The notes under the pieces were generated by a model. The model worked only from the letters and a program-made list of their open reading frames with translations. It was not told where the DNA came from and made no database searches. DNA of 64,000 bases. It comes from a virus (Duplodnaviria; Caudoviricetes). A program made the translations under genes and the position numbers. The stretch spans positions 1 to 64,000 of the IMG/VR virus record IMGVR_UViG_3300031998_000052, one strand, 5' to 3'. Shown here piece by piece: positions 32,771 through 40,645 of the stretch; the stretch's first letter is position 1; each line of letters begins with the position of its first letter.

Positions 32771-33058
32771 GTGATGTTTTGTCCAGTTCTTAGGTACAAG
32801 TTTGTGGAAGACGTTGAAGGAGTACATGCTGACGTTCCTCCGGGGCTTCGGGATCATCTTGCGCTTGATGATGCCGTTGACAGCAGCCTTCGATTTGCCG
32901 TAGTGTTCGGCCAACTCGTCGGACGTGGCCCAGATTGGAAGGTTTTCGGAAAGGACGCGGTACATGGCGTCTGTCTGCTCCTTAGTGCAATCACCGCGCT
33001 TGAATTTTGCGCGAAGGAGGTCGAACACCTCCAGGATGAAATCGATTTTCTCGTCCAT
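32771..33058 (-). CDS. small helix-turn-helix protein
   Basis: ATSDELAEHYGKSKAAVNGIIKR. Confidence 0.55.
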
Positions 33059-33456
33059 TATCTGAAAAAGACTTTGTAGGCCGCGATCAGAAGCAATACA
33101 GTCATAACAATAATCACCGCGTTAATAATATATGCTTCCGATACGGTCAGGGTTATGATATAGCAATCAATAAAGCCCACAATTTGCGGAATTGCGGGAA
33201 GAATACATGCTGTCTTGTGCCATTTACAAAGGCGGAGGAGTTTGGATAGAATTAAAAACGCAACGATACAAACAGGGGAAATGTAGAACAGTGTATCAAG
33301 TTGCGATTGGGCCTCCTCTGGAATGAAATTATAGACGGACAGAGTGACGATGCTGAGCGCTGAATAGACGAAAGGAAGAACTTGCACCGCTGTTGTTACA
33401 CGGCGCAACGTATCAACGAGTCTTTTAAGATCTGCTCTTCGGTCTTGGTTGTCCAT
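33058..33456 (-). CDS. membrane protein, about 4 transmembrane segments
   Basis: Four hydrophobic stretches; visibly AT-richer than its neighbours. Confidence 0.65.
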   Translation of the reverse strand: MDNQDRRADLKRLVDTLRRVTTAVQVLPFVYSALSIVTLSVYNFIPEEAQSQLDTLFYISPVCIVAFLILSKLLRLCKWHKTACILPAIPQIVGFIDCYIITLTVSEAYIINAVIIVMTVLLLIAAYKVFFR

Positions 33457-33557
33457 TCTGCGTAGTCTCTACCCTTACGGTCAACTGCGCCTTTGTCTGG
33501 AACATCCTTTTTCCTTTTGGCTTCCCAGCGGCGCCGGTGACACGAATAGTGCTACTT

Positions 33558-33572
33558 GCAACTTTCGTGCCA
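33558..33572 (-). promoter_or_regulatory. sigma54-type -24/-12 motif
   Basis: TGGCACG-AAAG-TTGCA on the minus strand, about 100 nt upstream of the membrane protein gene. Confidence 0.5.
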
Positions 33573-33615
33573 CTCTTGCCGGACCTTGCCGTTATTTTGA
33601 CGCCTGCTTTACCCA

Positions 33616-34251
33616 TTACCTAAGAATCAGATTGTAGGAGGCCGTAAACTCGGCCGAGAAGCCATGCTGGAAGGATTTGTCGGCGAATGTCATGCCGTAG
33701 CCGACGGACGGCGAGAACTGCCAGCGCCCGGACCAGAAGTCCGCCCGGATGCCGGCCCCCAGGTAGAAAGTCCCGGGAAGGTAGAGGCGGCCGCCCACGA
33801 AGGGAGACAACGCGAACTTCGGTGGAACCGGATAGGTATCGGTGATATACTTCGTTTCCTGGAAGGACTTGTGCCAAAGCATCTTCACATCATATCCAGT
33901 AGCCTCGCACTCGTAGGTCTTGTTGTCCGTGAAGTGATACCTGGATATCGGGACGGCGATGTAAGAGGTGTCGTGGTACGTGACGATCTTCGGCTTTGCA
34001 GACAGAGAATCGCGGAACTCGGCCAGGGCCTTCTCGTAATCCTCGATCTGAGAAACGGGGACGAGTTTGAATCCGGCCGGAATTGACGTCTCCTGTGGCT
34101 TGTAGTCGGTTATCGTGTCGCGGATGGTAACAGTGTCCTTCTGCGGCACGGGAATGTTCCTGAGCGCGTTTCTGCGCCCAGAAAGGAAACCTGCCCCGAA
34201 AAGCAGGAGCAGGATTCCAAGGAAGATGAGGACGTCTTTAACCTTGTCCAT
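33616..34251 (-). CDS. membrane-anchored lysis-module protein (spanin-like)
   Basis: N-terminal TM helix, DTVTIRDTI repeat-like segment and a beta-rich C-terminus; lies downstream of the endolysin. Confidence 0.5.
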   Translation of the reverse strand: MDKVKDVLIFLGILLLLFGAGFLSGRRNALRNIPVPQKDTVTIRDTITDYKPQETSIPAGFKLVPVSQIEDYEKALAEFRDSLSAKPKIVTYHDTSYIAVPISRYHFTDNKTYECEATGYDVKMLWHKSFQETKYITDTYPVPPKFALSPFVGGRLYLPGTFYLGAGIRADFWSGRWQFSPSVGYGMTFADKSFQHGFSAEFTASYNLILR

Positions 34252-34424
34252 TATCCAATGAGACCGTTAAAGAACTTCTTGGCCGTAGGGAAGGCCATTG
34301 CGGCCAAAGCGACGACACAGATGGCGATGAACCAGGCTTTGCAGTAGGCTGCGTAGCCGAAGCCACCGATGGCGCCCACGGCATAGGCGCAAAGGCCAAA
34401 GAAATAACCGAATTTTTTGAGCAT
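34251..34424 (-). CDS. 57-aa two-TM protein, holin candidate (not in the ORF track)
   Basis: MLKKFGYFFGLCAYAVGAIGGFGYAAYCKAWFIAICVVALAAMAFPTAKKFFNGLIG. Confidence 0.4.
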   Translation of the reverse strand: MLKKFGYFFGLCAYAVGAIGGFGYAAYCKAWFIAICVVALAAMAFPTAKKFFNGLIG

Positions 34425-34432
34425 AGTTGAGA

Positions 34433-34732
34433 TTATTTAATGAATGGCCACACCAGCGTACCGATGACGCAGTAAAGCCACTCGGGTTTGTCACAGGGGT
34501 TGTCGAAGTCACAATCCTTCGTCTGACTCCGCTTGTAGTGGAGGCCATATAGGGCATTGTGAGTCGCCCACTCCTTTTTCAGTGAATTGTCCGTCCGCTC
34601 GAAGATCTTCTTCTTTCCGTGGATGGACTTGATTTGGTTGAGCGTCTTCTGGAAATCCGCTTTCGGGACAGTATAACTGTCGTAGATGGTCAGGACCGAG
34701 CCGTCCTCGCCGCTGAATTTGTACTTTACCAT
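34433..34732 (-). CDS. hypothetical protein
   Basis: 99-aa ORF in the lysis region. Confidence 0.55.
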   Translation of the reverse strand: MVKYKFSGEDGSVLTIYDSYTVPKADFQKTLNQIKSIHGKKKIFERTDNSLKKEWATHNALYGLHYKRSQTKDCDFDNPCDKPEWLYCVIGTLVWPFIK

Positions 34733-34848
34733 AGTTATGCGATTTTTAAGATGGAATCCTTGTGGCGAGGTTGAACGTCAAGCAAAGGAGCCTGGCATCG
34801 TACCCAACGACGTTGAATACCATGCCAGGTGTTACCTTCGTTATCTGA

Positions 34849-35499
34849 CTACTTCCTTCCATATTTGGCAATATAGTCCTCAATGCCCTGGACGTGAATA
34901 TGGATCATGGCGCCCAGGCCGGCATCGGATTTCAGAAACTCAACGTCATCCTTGTTGTCCTGGAACAGGTTCTCTGTGAGAACGGCAGGGCATGACGTGT
35001 GGCGTAGGATGTAGAAGGCAGACTCAATGTCAGGATCTCCGTCGGTATAGTCCGTTCTGATAGGCTTCTGCTTCCCGCCATTCTTGAACTTTTTGGTGTA
35101 GCCTGCCTTCTCCAATTCGGTGACGGCAACGGCATGGATACAGGTGGCCAGATCGTCCGCTTTCGTCTTCCCTGGTGACGTATAGACGCACCATCCCTGG
35201 GCGTCATGCCACTGCCGGTCCGACTTGGCTGCGTTCACGTGGACGGAAACCAGGATGGCATCCTTTACCTTGTTTGCGCGGCGCACACGCTCCTCCAGGG
35301 AGACGTCCCTGTCTTCCGGTACGAGCAGTTCTGCATCATATCCATCAAACGTGAGAACAGAAACGATGCCCTGAGCACACTTACGCGCCCACTCATACTC
35401 GCGAAAGTAGAGCGGGCTGTTTTTGAGGCCATTGGAAGCGTCCGGGGAACATTTCCCGGGAGTATCTATTCCGTGGCCATTGTCAACCCAGATTTTCAT
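34849..35499 (-). CDS. endolysin, N-acetylmuramoyl-L-alanine amidase (Amidase_3)
   Basis: IWVDNGHG, LEERVRRAN, LVSVHVNA, PAVLTENLFQDN. Confidence 0.92.
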   Translation of the reverse strand: MKIWVDNGHGIDTPGKCSPDASNGLKNSPLYFREYEWARKCAQGIVSVLTFDGYDAELLVPEDRDVSLEERVRRANKVKDAILVSVHVNAAKSDRQWHDAQGWCVYTSPGKTKADDLATCIHAVAVTELEKAGYTKKFKNGGKQKPIRTDYTDGDPDIESAFYILRHTSCPAVLTENLFQDNKDDVEFLKSDAGLGAMIHIHVQGIEDYIAKYGRK

Positions 35500-35523
35500 A
35501 TTTATGTGAGTTGTTTCTATGTT

Positions 35524-36537
35524 TTATATGTTACTAATTATCGTAGCCCAAGGTAAATTAGGAATATCTCCAGACGTAATAAAGGCATAAGATTGGCTGT
35601 TATTCACTCGAATAACGACCTCAATCAACCCTCCGTTTTTCGGCCTACGATACGTACTCAATGACGTCCTTATGTATGCTTGGTTCTCTATATTTATGGC
35701 GTCACTGCAAATATACCCGCCACTTGTCACGTTTATATGTAATCCGCCACCCCAATCATAACCAAACGGGAAATATGGGACAAGGAAAGAAAACCTACAT
35801 CCATCGAGATCGCTGTTCGCCGGTATATGAATATGAACACCATCGCTGTATTGTGACACCTGGCCGGTCAAGTCAATAAATTTTGCCGACGTGGATTTCA
35901 ACTGATAATGATTTTCTGTTGTATTATGAGACGAGCCATAGTTCACGACCTCAGAATACATATAAGTTAAATCGGAATTACCTAAAGCCACAAACGGTAT
36001 GCGAAGACCTCCAGCAAATTCACCGCCATTGCAAAATAGATTTCCATTTTTATCAAATTTGGTTTTTGCATTAGCAGCAAGCGTTGAACCGAGAAAAAGA
36101 GGATAGTTCGTATCACCGCCCATGTCTGCCACAACGGTATCACCATTTTTGACCTGAACGTGTTTTGCTACAAGGCTATTCACGTCGATATAGTCTGCTG
36201 ATATTGCCTGCGCCAGAAGAACCGGCGTTACTATCGGCTGGAACTGGTTTACATCCTCCCAGTACGTGTTGTCACTGAGAGGAATCAACTGATGGTCGGC
36301 CTGGTGTGTAATCTTGCATTTTCTGGCCACGAAAGACGAATCGCCAATCATAGCCATTCCCATATTGCAAGCCACGTCAATTATGCGAACACCATCCGTC
36401 TCAAGAGAAGAGTCGTTCCTGTATTCCTTTCCGTCTTCCCAGAGAGAAATACGATAGGTAATACCTCCATTTCCGGTATCACCCTTTCTGGCCCTTGCGA
36501 CAGTCTGACTGCCTTTAACCTTGACCGTGCCTGCCAT
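35524..36537 (-). CDS. putative tail/receptor-binding structural protein
   Basis: Start moved to MAGTVKVKG (36537). Lies at the distal end of the tail gene block and has an AT-richer C-terminal half. Confidence 0.5.
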   Translation of the reverse strand: MAGTVKVKGSQTVARARKGDTGNGGITYRISLWEDGKEYRNDSSLETDGVRIIDVACNMGMAMIGDSSFVARKCKITHQADHQLIPLSDNTYWEDVNQFQPIVTPVLLAQAISADYIDVNSLVAKHVQVKNGDTVVADMGGDTNYPLFLGSTLAANAKTKFDKNGNLFCNGGEFAGGLRIPFVALGNSDLTYMYSEVVNYGSSHNTTENHYQLKSTSAKFIDLTGQVSQYSDGVHIHIPANSDLDGCRFSFLVPYFPFGYDWGGGLHINVTSGGYICSDAINIENQAYIRTSLSTYRRPKNGGLIEVVIRVNNSQSYAFITSGDIPNLPWATIISNI

Positions 36538-36544
36538 AAGACTC

Positions 36545-36892
36545 CTAATTATCGAGAGAATCCATGACCACATGGGCAATCTCCTTTGCTTTAGCCCTCC
36601 ACTCCTGGAAAGCCTCCAGTTCGGCGGCGTGTTCGGGAGTATCGGAGCCATTGGCCAGGATAGCCTCCACCTGGTCCTGAGGGAACTTGTCGCGGACGAT
36701 AGCAGACACGATCTTGCCGTATTCGACGGCCCCTTCGATGTCCACGTTCTCGAAGACCAGGACTTCAATTTCCTCTCCGTCCACTTCCTTGGTCTCCGTG
36801 TCGTAATCGAAGTTGATGCGGGTGATAGCGCCCTCGCGGAGCACTACGACGCCAGCGGGGACTTCCCCGTTGTAATCAGCATATACTTTCAT
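36545..36892 (-). CDS. hypothetical protein downstream of the DGR RT locus
   Basis: 115 aa ending ELEAFQEWRAKAKEIA; a similar ORF is recalled next to RT in Bacteroidetes phage DGRs. Confidence 0.6.
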   Translation of the reverse strand: MKVYADYNGEVPAGVVVLREGAITRINFDYDTETKEVDGEEIEVLVFENVDIEGAVEYGKIVSAIVRDKFPQDQVEAILANGSDTPEHAAELEAFQEWRAKAKEIAHVVMDSLDN

Positions 36893-37459
36893 AAGTCTAT
36901 AAATTTGTACGTGAATTTTCCTCTTCCGAGATCGACGCGGGTGATGCCCACGTTTTCGACCGGAAACACTTTTTGACCGGCCTGCTCTGCCTTCCGGCAG
37001 TCATCCAGGATGTTCTTCATCTGGAACGAACTGATGGTGAACTTAATCTTCTCTCCGTCTTCCTTCTTCACCATGACCATGTACCGGTCGGTGTTCATCT
37101 TGGACGGGTCCCGCAGGTCCGGCGTTGGCACGTTGGCCTCAAAATCAAGGACCGTGAGGCGCTGGTTCAGCACCTCAAGGATGTTACCTTTCCGGCACTC
37201 AAAGAACTTCTTCCCGTCCTTTGAACTGGCCTTCTCGATAGATATTCCTTTCTCAGCGAATCCCATGATTGGTTGTCCTGTTATTGTTTTCCAGAGTTGG
37301 GCGCAGTCTCCATACATGCACAAGCCCCGGTAACTGTCAATAATTTCCTTTCCTCTTCGACCGCTTGGCCTTGCCGCCTTTCTGAGAGCGCTGGATGGCT
37401 AACCGCAAGTTATCCTCGTCCGCAACCTTCTCCAGGATATGCCCTACTTTTTTCGTCAT
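36889..37459 (-). pseudogene. DGR reverse transcriptase remnant: N-terminus joined to C-terminus, catalytic core deleted
   Basis: The ATG at 37459 gives MTKKVGHILEKVADEDNLRLAIQRSQKGGKAKRS (DGR-RT N-terminus), stopping at 37337. An overlapping frame gives KEIIDSYRGLCMYGDCAQLWKTITG (DGR-RT C-terminus) and continues without a stop into the 125-aa domain 36889-37266. No YxDD region lies in between. Confidence 0.8.
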
Positions 37460-37742
37460 ACAAAGATACGCATTTTTTTATTCCCTGCAATAGTGATACT
37501 GCCCGGGACGTTCGAGAGTGTCCATCGGGGTTCCACGCACGACGCTTACAACGCGCCGGTCAATGGGAACCACACGCTCGGACAAACCTACATTAGCCCC
37601 GCTCGCAGGCCCATACCTCCGGGCCGCTCTCCCGCATACGAGATGTTCTGACTCTCCGGCGCGACCTGCCGCCGGGGTCAAGGCTGAGGAGGTTCGCCGG
37701 CCGGTGTCTATCCGGCAAGGCGATGAAACAGGGTTTTCACTT

Positions 37743-37854
37743 TGTATGGCGGGCGCCGATGTTCGAGTTCGCGTTCGACCAGGCGTTGTTCGAGTTCACG
37801 TAGAGCGGCCCCGACTCCGACCCGATAATCGAGCCACCGCCGACGAGGCAGACC
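37743..37854 (-). repeat. DGR template repeat (TR)
   Basis: Lies outside any gene and is AAC-rich: GTC TGC CTC GTC GGC GGT GGC TCG ATT ATC GGG TCG GAG TCG GGG CCG CTC TAC GTG AAC TCG AAC AAC GCC TGG TCG AAC GCG AAC TCG AAC ATC GGC GCC CGC CAT ACA. Confidence 0.92.
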
Positions 37855-37997
37855 GAAAGAACTGGAACCACCGAGCGTACTATACCCCCTCCTGCCTACC
37901 ACAAATCGGGCGCGGATGCAGCCGCCTTAGGAGCGACTGCCCCGTGCGTCCGTTGTGGATTTGGGTTGGTAAAGATGTTTCAAAGAACTACTGATTT

Positions 37998-39314
37998 TTA
38001 CAGATCGGCCCCATCTACAATGGTCACTGGACCATAATATGCAGGGCGGGCGCCGAGGGCCGAGGCCGAGCCCAACCAGGAGTAGGTCGAGTTCACGCAG
38101 AGCGGCCCCGACTGCGACCCGTAATTCGAGCCGCCGCCGACAAGGCAGACCTGGCCTGTGGCGTTGCCATAGAAGTAGTCAGACCAGGACTTGTTGCTGT
38201 CGCCACCCGTCACGGAAGTGGCAATCATGTCGAAGTATTCACCCTTGGTCATGACCTTGACATATCCCGAGGTGGTCAGGCGAGTCAGTTCGCGTAACTC
38301 ACCGTCCGGATGGGAGGCAAGTTCGGAGGAAGAAGGAAGGCGGTTGCCCTTGTAGATATACACCTCGTCACCGTCCTGCCCGGAGTTGCCGCTGTTACCG
38401 AAGAAGATACCCTGGACAAACTCCCACTGGAGGTTCCACCAGTCCTCGATACCCAGAACAGAGACGTGCGTGGAATCGGCGTTGGCACCAGATGCGATGG
38501 CCACCGTACCGGAGGCATCACCCAGGTCCTTCGTCAGACCGGTAGTCTTGAGGACGGTCGATGCGTTCACGGTATCCCAGGAGAGACCGGAGGCACCACC
38601 TACGCCCTGACCGAGGCTGGCCTGTGCGTTTGCGTTACCCTGGGCCTCAGACAGGCACATAATCTCGAACCAGCGCAGGCAGTCGTAGTCCTTGAGGCCC
38701 CAGTTGGCACCGAAGGACTGGGCTGCGCTGAAATAGTCGCTGATGGTCTTGGACGAGGTGTCGAAGGTGACACCGGAACGGGACACCAGTTTTCCGCTGG
38801 CCAGGGAGCCTTTGTAGGCGCCGATGACCATCCGCTTTCCATTGTCCGCGTTCGCGAGATAGTGGCCGGAGATGGGGAACTCTGAGCACCACAGGTACGG
38901 GATGCTCGTCTCGGCGTCCGTCACCACCAGGTAGTACAGACGGGGAGCGATGACAACCACGGAACCCCTGGTCTCGTCCAGGGTCGTACCGTCGGCGAAG
39001 ACACCGGAGTTGTTCTTGTGCAGTTTGGCCGCACGACCGTTGGCATCCATCAGATACCGGCCCACCTTTGCCTTGTAGGAGTTGTAAGCCGCGATGTTGC
39101 CGATCATGCCCCAGGCGGGGCTGGTCTGCGTTGCGTCCTTGAGAGGGAATCCCCACGCTACCTGGTGGAGAAGTTCCGCCTGGCCTTCGTTCATGGCCGT
39201 CTCGAAGTCCTCCATCGAGATTCGGCGGATGGACCCGCCGATCTCGACGATGAGGCTGTTCGATTTCAGCATGGACGAAACAGACGTTGCTGTTGCTAAA
39301 TTCTTGTTTGCCAT
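37998..39314 (-). CDS. DGR target 1: tail-associated protein with a C-terminal C-type-lectin-like variable domain
   Basis: IGAYKG, GIEDWWNLQWEFVQG and terminal VCLVGGGSNYGSQSGPLCVNSTYSWLGSASALGARPAY; sits in the tail gene block. Confidence 0.88.
   Translation of the reverse strand: MANKNLATATSVSSMLKSNSLIVEIGGSIRRISMEDFETAMNEGQAELLHQVAWGFPLKDATQTSPAWGMIGNIAAYNSYKAKVGRYLMDANGRAAKLHKNNSGVFADGTTLDETRGSVVVIAPRLYYLVVTDAETSIPYLWCSEFPISGHYLANADNGKRMVIGAYKGSLASGKLVSRSGVTFDTSSKTISDYFSAAQSFGANWGLKDYDCLRWFEIMCLSEAQGNANAQASLGQGVGGASGLSWDTVNASTVLKTTGLTKDLGDASGTVAIASGANADSTHVSVLGIEDWWNLQWEFVQGIFFGNSGNSGQDGDEVYIYKGNRLPSSSELASHPDGELRELTRLTTSGYVKVMTKGEYFDMIATSVTGGDSNKSWSDYFYGNATGQVCLVGGGSNYGSQSGPLCVNSTYSWLGSASALGARPAYYGPVTIVDGADL
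38040..38151 (-). repeat. DGR variable repeat VR1
   Basis: 112-nt ungapped match to the TR with 21 mismatches, 13 of them at TR adenines. Confidence 0.9.
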
Positions 39315-39330
39315 AACTTATGAAATTGGT

Positions 39331-40434
39331 TTACATTGTCCATTCAACCTCGGACACAACAACCACGTCCTTCTCGACGCCCTGGATGTCGGTCTCCGTG
39401 GTGGTTATGCTCACCAGGTTCGTGGCCCCGGTGTTGTAACTGGAGGCGGGAACCCTCTTGCGCTCCACCCAGCCGTCCGGGTCCATGACGTGAGACACCC
39501 AGTGGGCGGACGTGATGGTGGTCAGTTCGGTGTTGGTCCGCACGTTCACCACGTAAGCCTGGAGATAGACCGGCTTGTTCGCGTCAACCTCGCGGTTGGG
39601 CGTTCCGGTGGTCGTTCCGTCTGAGTTGCAGTAACGGTGCTCCACGTGATAGTCATCGAGCGTGTCGATGATGCGGATACCGGACCGGTAGATGGGGTCT
39701 GCTCCGTTCTCGTAGTCCGTCTGGCTCTTGTAGAACTCCGCGATGAACAGTTGGGTGCCGTCCACGTCCGCACGGGTGACGGTGATGCTGGCCTGGCCCA
39801 GTTTCTCGGACCAGTGCTTATCGTCCTTGTACCACTTCACGTAGTAGCCGCTCTGGACGGTTCCACCCAGGTACAGGGCCGTGTTCACGGTGGTCTGGGT
39901 GACGGATGCGGTCAACTGCTCGGTGGTCGCATTGATCGAGCCGTAGTACGAGGAGGCACCGACGCTCTGGATCTGAATGTCCACGCTCTTGGTCAGGTTG
40001 TACTCGACACCGGCCCCTGCGGCCACGCAGGTATAGGTGAGGGAGTCGGAGGCCACGTTCGTTGTGCTCGCCAGGTCCCCGATGATTGCAAGGGCGCCAC
40101 TCTGGGCCATTGCAAAACGACCGTCGTTGCTGGCCTTCGTGTACACGACACCACCGATAGTGACCGTGCTGCCCGTGAAGGTCAAGGCCACGTTGTTGTA
40201 GGACCAGGCGTGATGGCTCAGCGTGACTGTGTTGCCACGGGCCGACGTGACATGGGGTGTGATGATAGGAGTCACCTGGCCGGTCCCGGTTCCCCAGGAC
40301 GGGGTGACTACGCCGGTAACGGGGTCAACGCCCTGGTAGAGCGGCACGCCGTTGTTACCGAAAGTGATGAAGAAGGTATCACCGTTGCGCAGGCGCTTGA
40401 CCGTGATACTGTTTTGTGCGCTGTAATTGTCCAT
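39331..40434 (-). CDS. tail structural protein (beta-rich, Ig-like)
   Basis: Thr/Val/Ser-rich 367 aa in the tail block. Confidence 0.6.
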   Translation of the reverse strand: MDNYSAQNSITVKRLRNGDTFFITFGNNGVPLYQGVDPVTGVVTPSWGTGTGQVTPIITPHVTSARGNTVTLSHHAWSYNNVALTFTGSTVTIGGVVYTKASNDGRFAMAQSGALAIIGDLASTTNVASDSLTYTCVAAGAGVEYNLTKSVDIQIQSVGASSYYGSINATTEQLTASVTQTTVNTALYLGGTVQSGYYVKWYKDDKHWSEKLGQASITVTRADVDGTQLFIAEFYKSQTDYENGADPIYRSGIRIIDTLDDYHVEHRYCNSDGTTTGTPNREVDANKPVYLQAYVVNVRTNTELTTITSAHWVSHVMDPDGWVERKRVPASSYNTGATNLVSITTTETDIQGVEKDVVVVSEVEWTM

Positions 40435-40643
40435 TACCAGTCTCCTTTTATGATTAGTTGCTTGATTTCAAATACGTCATAGATCTTCCCGTCGATGACA
40501 CTCGCCCGTTCCTCAAGCGTCTCTCCGGGCAGGATGTTCAGGTCCTTCTCGTTGACTATGACGCGATCGCCGTTGACACGGCACCCCTTGATGGAGATAC
40601 CGGCGCCAGCGGTCTTCTGTCGGTCTGCTATGATGTACAACAT
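40434..40643 (-). CDS. small hypothetical tail-block protein
   Basis: 69 aa with overlapping neighbours. Confidence 0.55.
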   Translation of the reverse strand: MLYIIADRQKTAGAGISIKGCRVNGDRVIVNEKDLNILPGETLEERASVIDGKIYDVFEIKQLIIKGDW

Positions 40644-40645
40644 GA

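Larger units (their letters stand above)
36545..39314 (-). mobile_element. diversity-generating retroelement cassette, RT-defective
   Basis: Order target(VR1)-TR-spacer-RT remnant-accessory ORF, with an adenine-biased TR/VR mismatch pattern. Confidence 0.88.

Noticed and set aside
35524-36768. 414-aa version of the tail-block protein
   Set aside because: The extension overlaps gene 36545-36892 in another frame; the plausible start is 36537.
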